DNA of 64,000 bases from Magallana gigas (lineage: Eukaryota). The notes beneath the pieces were generated by a model. The model had not been told where the DNA came from and made no database searches. It worked only from the letters and a program-made list of their open reading frames with translations. The position numbers were made by a program, and so were the translations under genes. The number at the start of each line of letters is the position of its first letter. Positions within the stretch are counted from its first letter, which is position 1. The stretch spans positions 34,534,001 to 34,598,000 of the forward strand of contig NC_088856.1 of assembly GCF_963853765.1 (NCBI RefSeq), read 5' to 3'. Shown here in pieces: positions 61,191-64,000 of the stretch.

Positions 61191-61816
61191 CAGGGGTTTA
61201 AATTAACTTGAACTTTTTGCTAGCCATGTGGGCTACTAAACTTCGTCATTCCAGGGACCCACATCAAAATTTAGTTGCCCACACTTTTAATGCCATTGTA
61301 CATATATAATCATTCATATTGAATTTCGATTTTTGTTAAAATTTTCAAACACTTCATTTTCTAAAATTCATAACTCAAGTCTTCTGAATCAACCTCAAGT
61401 CTTGTTGTTCCTTTACATCTGTATTGGTTGATCCATCTCCTATTACAAATAAAAACCTTTTCTTTTGGCTGGCTGATACAACCATTGCCATAAATCAAAA
61501 TATTATAACAATGCCAAAATCAGTTAGATATTTTGAAAGTAATGTTCCTTGATACACTATGAAACGCTTGACTGATGAAGACCTTCCTAGTCTTGATCAT
61601 CAAGACGTTTAGGCTTCACAGTGAAGATAGGTCAAGATAAGTGTCTGAGTAATCAACTAAATGAAAATACGACATTCGGACAAATTTGGAAAAAAGATGT
61701 GTTGGCAATCAGGAATTGTTTAATCGCCATGTGGACCCCTGGAATTGCATTTTCAAATCGCCCACACGAAAACTTAGTCGCAAGTGGCTAGTGGGTGACT
61801 GTTAATTTCAACCCTG
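61191..61816. mobile_element. hAT5-like non-autonomous element (626 bp) with 5-bp TSD
   Basis: TIR CAGGGGTTTAAATTAAC / GTTAATTTCAACCCTG; CATTT immediately on both flanks. Confidence 0.75.
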
Positions 61817-62367
61817 CATTTATAAAAATATGTCATACTGTGGTTTCCTCATCCTTAATGTAACACCAATTTTTGAGGATTTCATTGATGAGCAGACCCA
61901 GGATCGGAAATAAAATCTTTCTTAAAGTATAAAACATGATAACAATAAATCTGATTTAGTGATTTCTCATGAATCAATGTTCATGATACACTCAACAATA
62001 CAAAAGCCAATTTCCACAGTATATAAAAACATGCATTCTTGAACATTTGGTCTGTTGGATGCTTTTCTCATTGAAGAAAGAAGTTATAAAGAAGAATAAA
62101 TCAACAAAGAGTGACAAAATCTATGAGGAGCAACTGAAGATATTGTTTATCCAGCTAAGGACATAAGTTTTAAATCAATCAGTAACAGCCACGCAATCTT
62201 TGAACAAAACCAACAGATATTACTTCAATCTGTAAGAGGAGAGAATGAGTCAGTGGCTGGACCAGAATTCCTGTATTCCTATATTGTAGTTTGGATCTCT
62301 AGCACTGAGCTTTCAAGGCCATCATTAATGGTCCATACTGCCACAACTTTTTCATTCATCCCTTCTT

Positions 62368-63417
62368 TATGGTGTTCCGATGGGGCCACTTCGACCTTCA
62401 CACTTTCACCTTTAGGTCGAGGTGCGAAGTTGCGAAGGCAAAAGTTCAAAGGCGAAGGAGTGAGAGTGCAAAGGCGAAGCGCGAAGATGAAAGTGAGAAG
62501 TTGCGAAGGGAAAGAAGAGATACTACTATCCCTCCTTTGCCATCGCAACTTCGCACTCTCGCCTTCGCATTTTCGTGCTCTCGCCTTCACCTTTTTATAA
62601 TTGTGGAGCTCTCTATCGTTTAAAGACAATTTTAGCTGTATAAAAAGAACATCTGAGGCAGACGATGAAATTTTTAGAATTTATTTTTAACAGCCTGTGC
62701 AGATCCATAACTTTTTCTGGGGGGGGGGGGGGGGGGGGGGGGGGGGCGTCCGAGACATATTTTGGAGATTTTATTATATATAATTAATAAAATTAAATTT
62801 TCCGGGGGGGATGGGATCCGGACCCTCTCTTCCCCTTTACTGCATGTGTGAAGTTGTTAATATTGAATTTTCCGGGGGGGCGGGGCTCTTCCCCCTCTAG
62901 ATCCATACATGAGGAAGGAGTGTCGCATTATGAAATTAGAATGTTACTGTGTTTGATCCACTGTAAACAGACAGCTGGTAAGTGACAGGAGTCTGGAAGT
63001 GCATATGTATACATTATGGCGGACATTCCATTTTATGTGGAGTACATAATGATTAGGCATAGCCAGCACTGGTAAACATATATGTCACATATACACATTA
63101 AAATATTTATAAACATTCATAGTAAGCACAATGGCCTAGCGCATGCGTACCAATAATATCATGGATTAATCGGAAAACCTTGGCGAGTACGGTGCCTGCA
63201 TCAAATTCTATGTAATCGACCGAGACTTTCTGAATGCTATCAAAAAAGGCGAAGGCGAAAGTGCGAAGGCGAGAGTGCGAAGTTGCTCCTTCGCCATCGC
63301 ATCTTTGCACTTTCGCTCCTTCGCCCTCGCACTTTCACCTTCGCAACTTCGCACTCTCGCATCTTCAACCTAAAGGCGAAAGTGCGAAGGTCGAAGTGGC
63401 CCCATCAGAACACCATA
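62368..63417. mobile_element. ~1.05-kb TA-flanked foldback-like element with long modular TIRs
   Basis: TATGGTGTTC(C/T)GATGGGGCCACTTCGACCTTC..CCTTTAGGT at both ends in inverted orientation; arms of ~180-230 bp built from GCGAAG/GCGAAAGT short repeats that are themselves internally inverted. Confidence 0.85.
62696..62911. mobile_element. Degenerate poly-G-containing MITE nested in the foldback-like element
   Basis: ..GTGCAGATCCA(G-runs)..CCCCTCTAGATCCATACATG; resembles common oyster GGATCC/CTAGATCC MITEs as recalled; includes a 28-nt G run. Confidence 0.4.
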
Positions 63418-64000
63418 CTTCTTACTTAAAAGTTCTTCAACTCAGAAGAAAACACAACCCAGCATCTATACTCCAGCATTATAATTCTAATGCTAGGGCT
63501 ATAAAAGACGAACTTTGTATATGTTGATGGATTAAATCTAGTCTCTACATGATTCCTCTGTTTCTTCAGATAGCAATGCATAGGATGCTATTCAATTTAA
63601 AGTAGTCAAAAGCATGGGTTAAAATAATGATTTCTTTACATTTTTTAGACTCTAGGGAAGTAACTTTCAAGTAAGATAACGAAATTAATTCAGAAAAAGT
63701 ATAATTATTTTGGACTGTTTTGTGCCAGTTTAGCTTCTGATTCGAAATAATCGAAAGTGACCCGCATTATACACTAAAGCAGTGATGTCATAAGAACCCC
63801 TGTCGAAGTCAAAACTTCAAAGACAGAAATATTTTGTGACAAAGACCTGTTTTCTAATATATTAATCTCCTTTCTGATGATACCAAACAACCAACTGTAA
63901 ACATGCATTTCAAATATTTTTCAACCAAGTTGTAAAAAGTGAAATGGAATACCCCAAAATGACTAGTGCTATGCTCCTACTAGCACAAGACAGAGCATTT

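Noticed and set aside
62253-63527. Five ORFs of 67-116 aa
   Set aside because: They are translations of the GCGAAG-repeat arms of the foldback-like element, open on both strands.
1-64000. CRISPR arrays, rRNA genes, intact transposase/RT genes, U12-type introns
   Set aside because: All repeat arrays lack unique spacers; no rRNA-like or long TE ORFs; every assigned intron is GT-AG without the GTATCCTT U12 donor.

Overview
AT-rich, intron-rich animal DNA. The repeat content suggests a bivalve, probably an oyster (inference). Most long ORFs in the supplied track are single exons, antisense shadows or repeat artefacts. Hand-splicing with GT-AG sites and phase checks gives six genes in alternating orientation: the 3' part of EPG5 (+), NICN1 (-), CAPZA (+, head-to-head with NICN1), a MANBAL-like small membrane protein (-), a GTSE1/PSRC1-family gene (+) and the 3' part of an SLC35A2-like UDP-galactose transporter (-). 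Gene identities come from similarity to human proteins recalled from memory, not from database searches. Introns and intergenic DNA hold many non-autonomous elements: TA-flanked MITEs, two hAT5-like elements with 5-bp TSDs, Helentron/HINE fragments, a foldback-like element and minisatellites. The most unusual observations are: (1) a ~1.5-kb TATAA-bounded element beside a full-length, inverted, circularly permuted copy of itself that contains a head-to-tail (circle-type) junction (31129-34745); (2) a MITE inside that copy inserted with no TSD; (3) a TRIM with tRNA-like LTRs (Helenus-like); (4) a TIR-bounded MITE carrying a tRNA-like Pol III core; (5) several in-frame cassette micro-exons in NICN1; (6) an invertebrate GTSE1 homologue with SxIP and LIDL motifs; (7) tandem repeats seeded on splice donors; (8) an orphan 93-nt hairpin.
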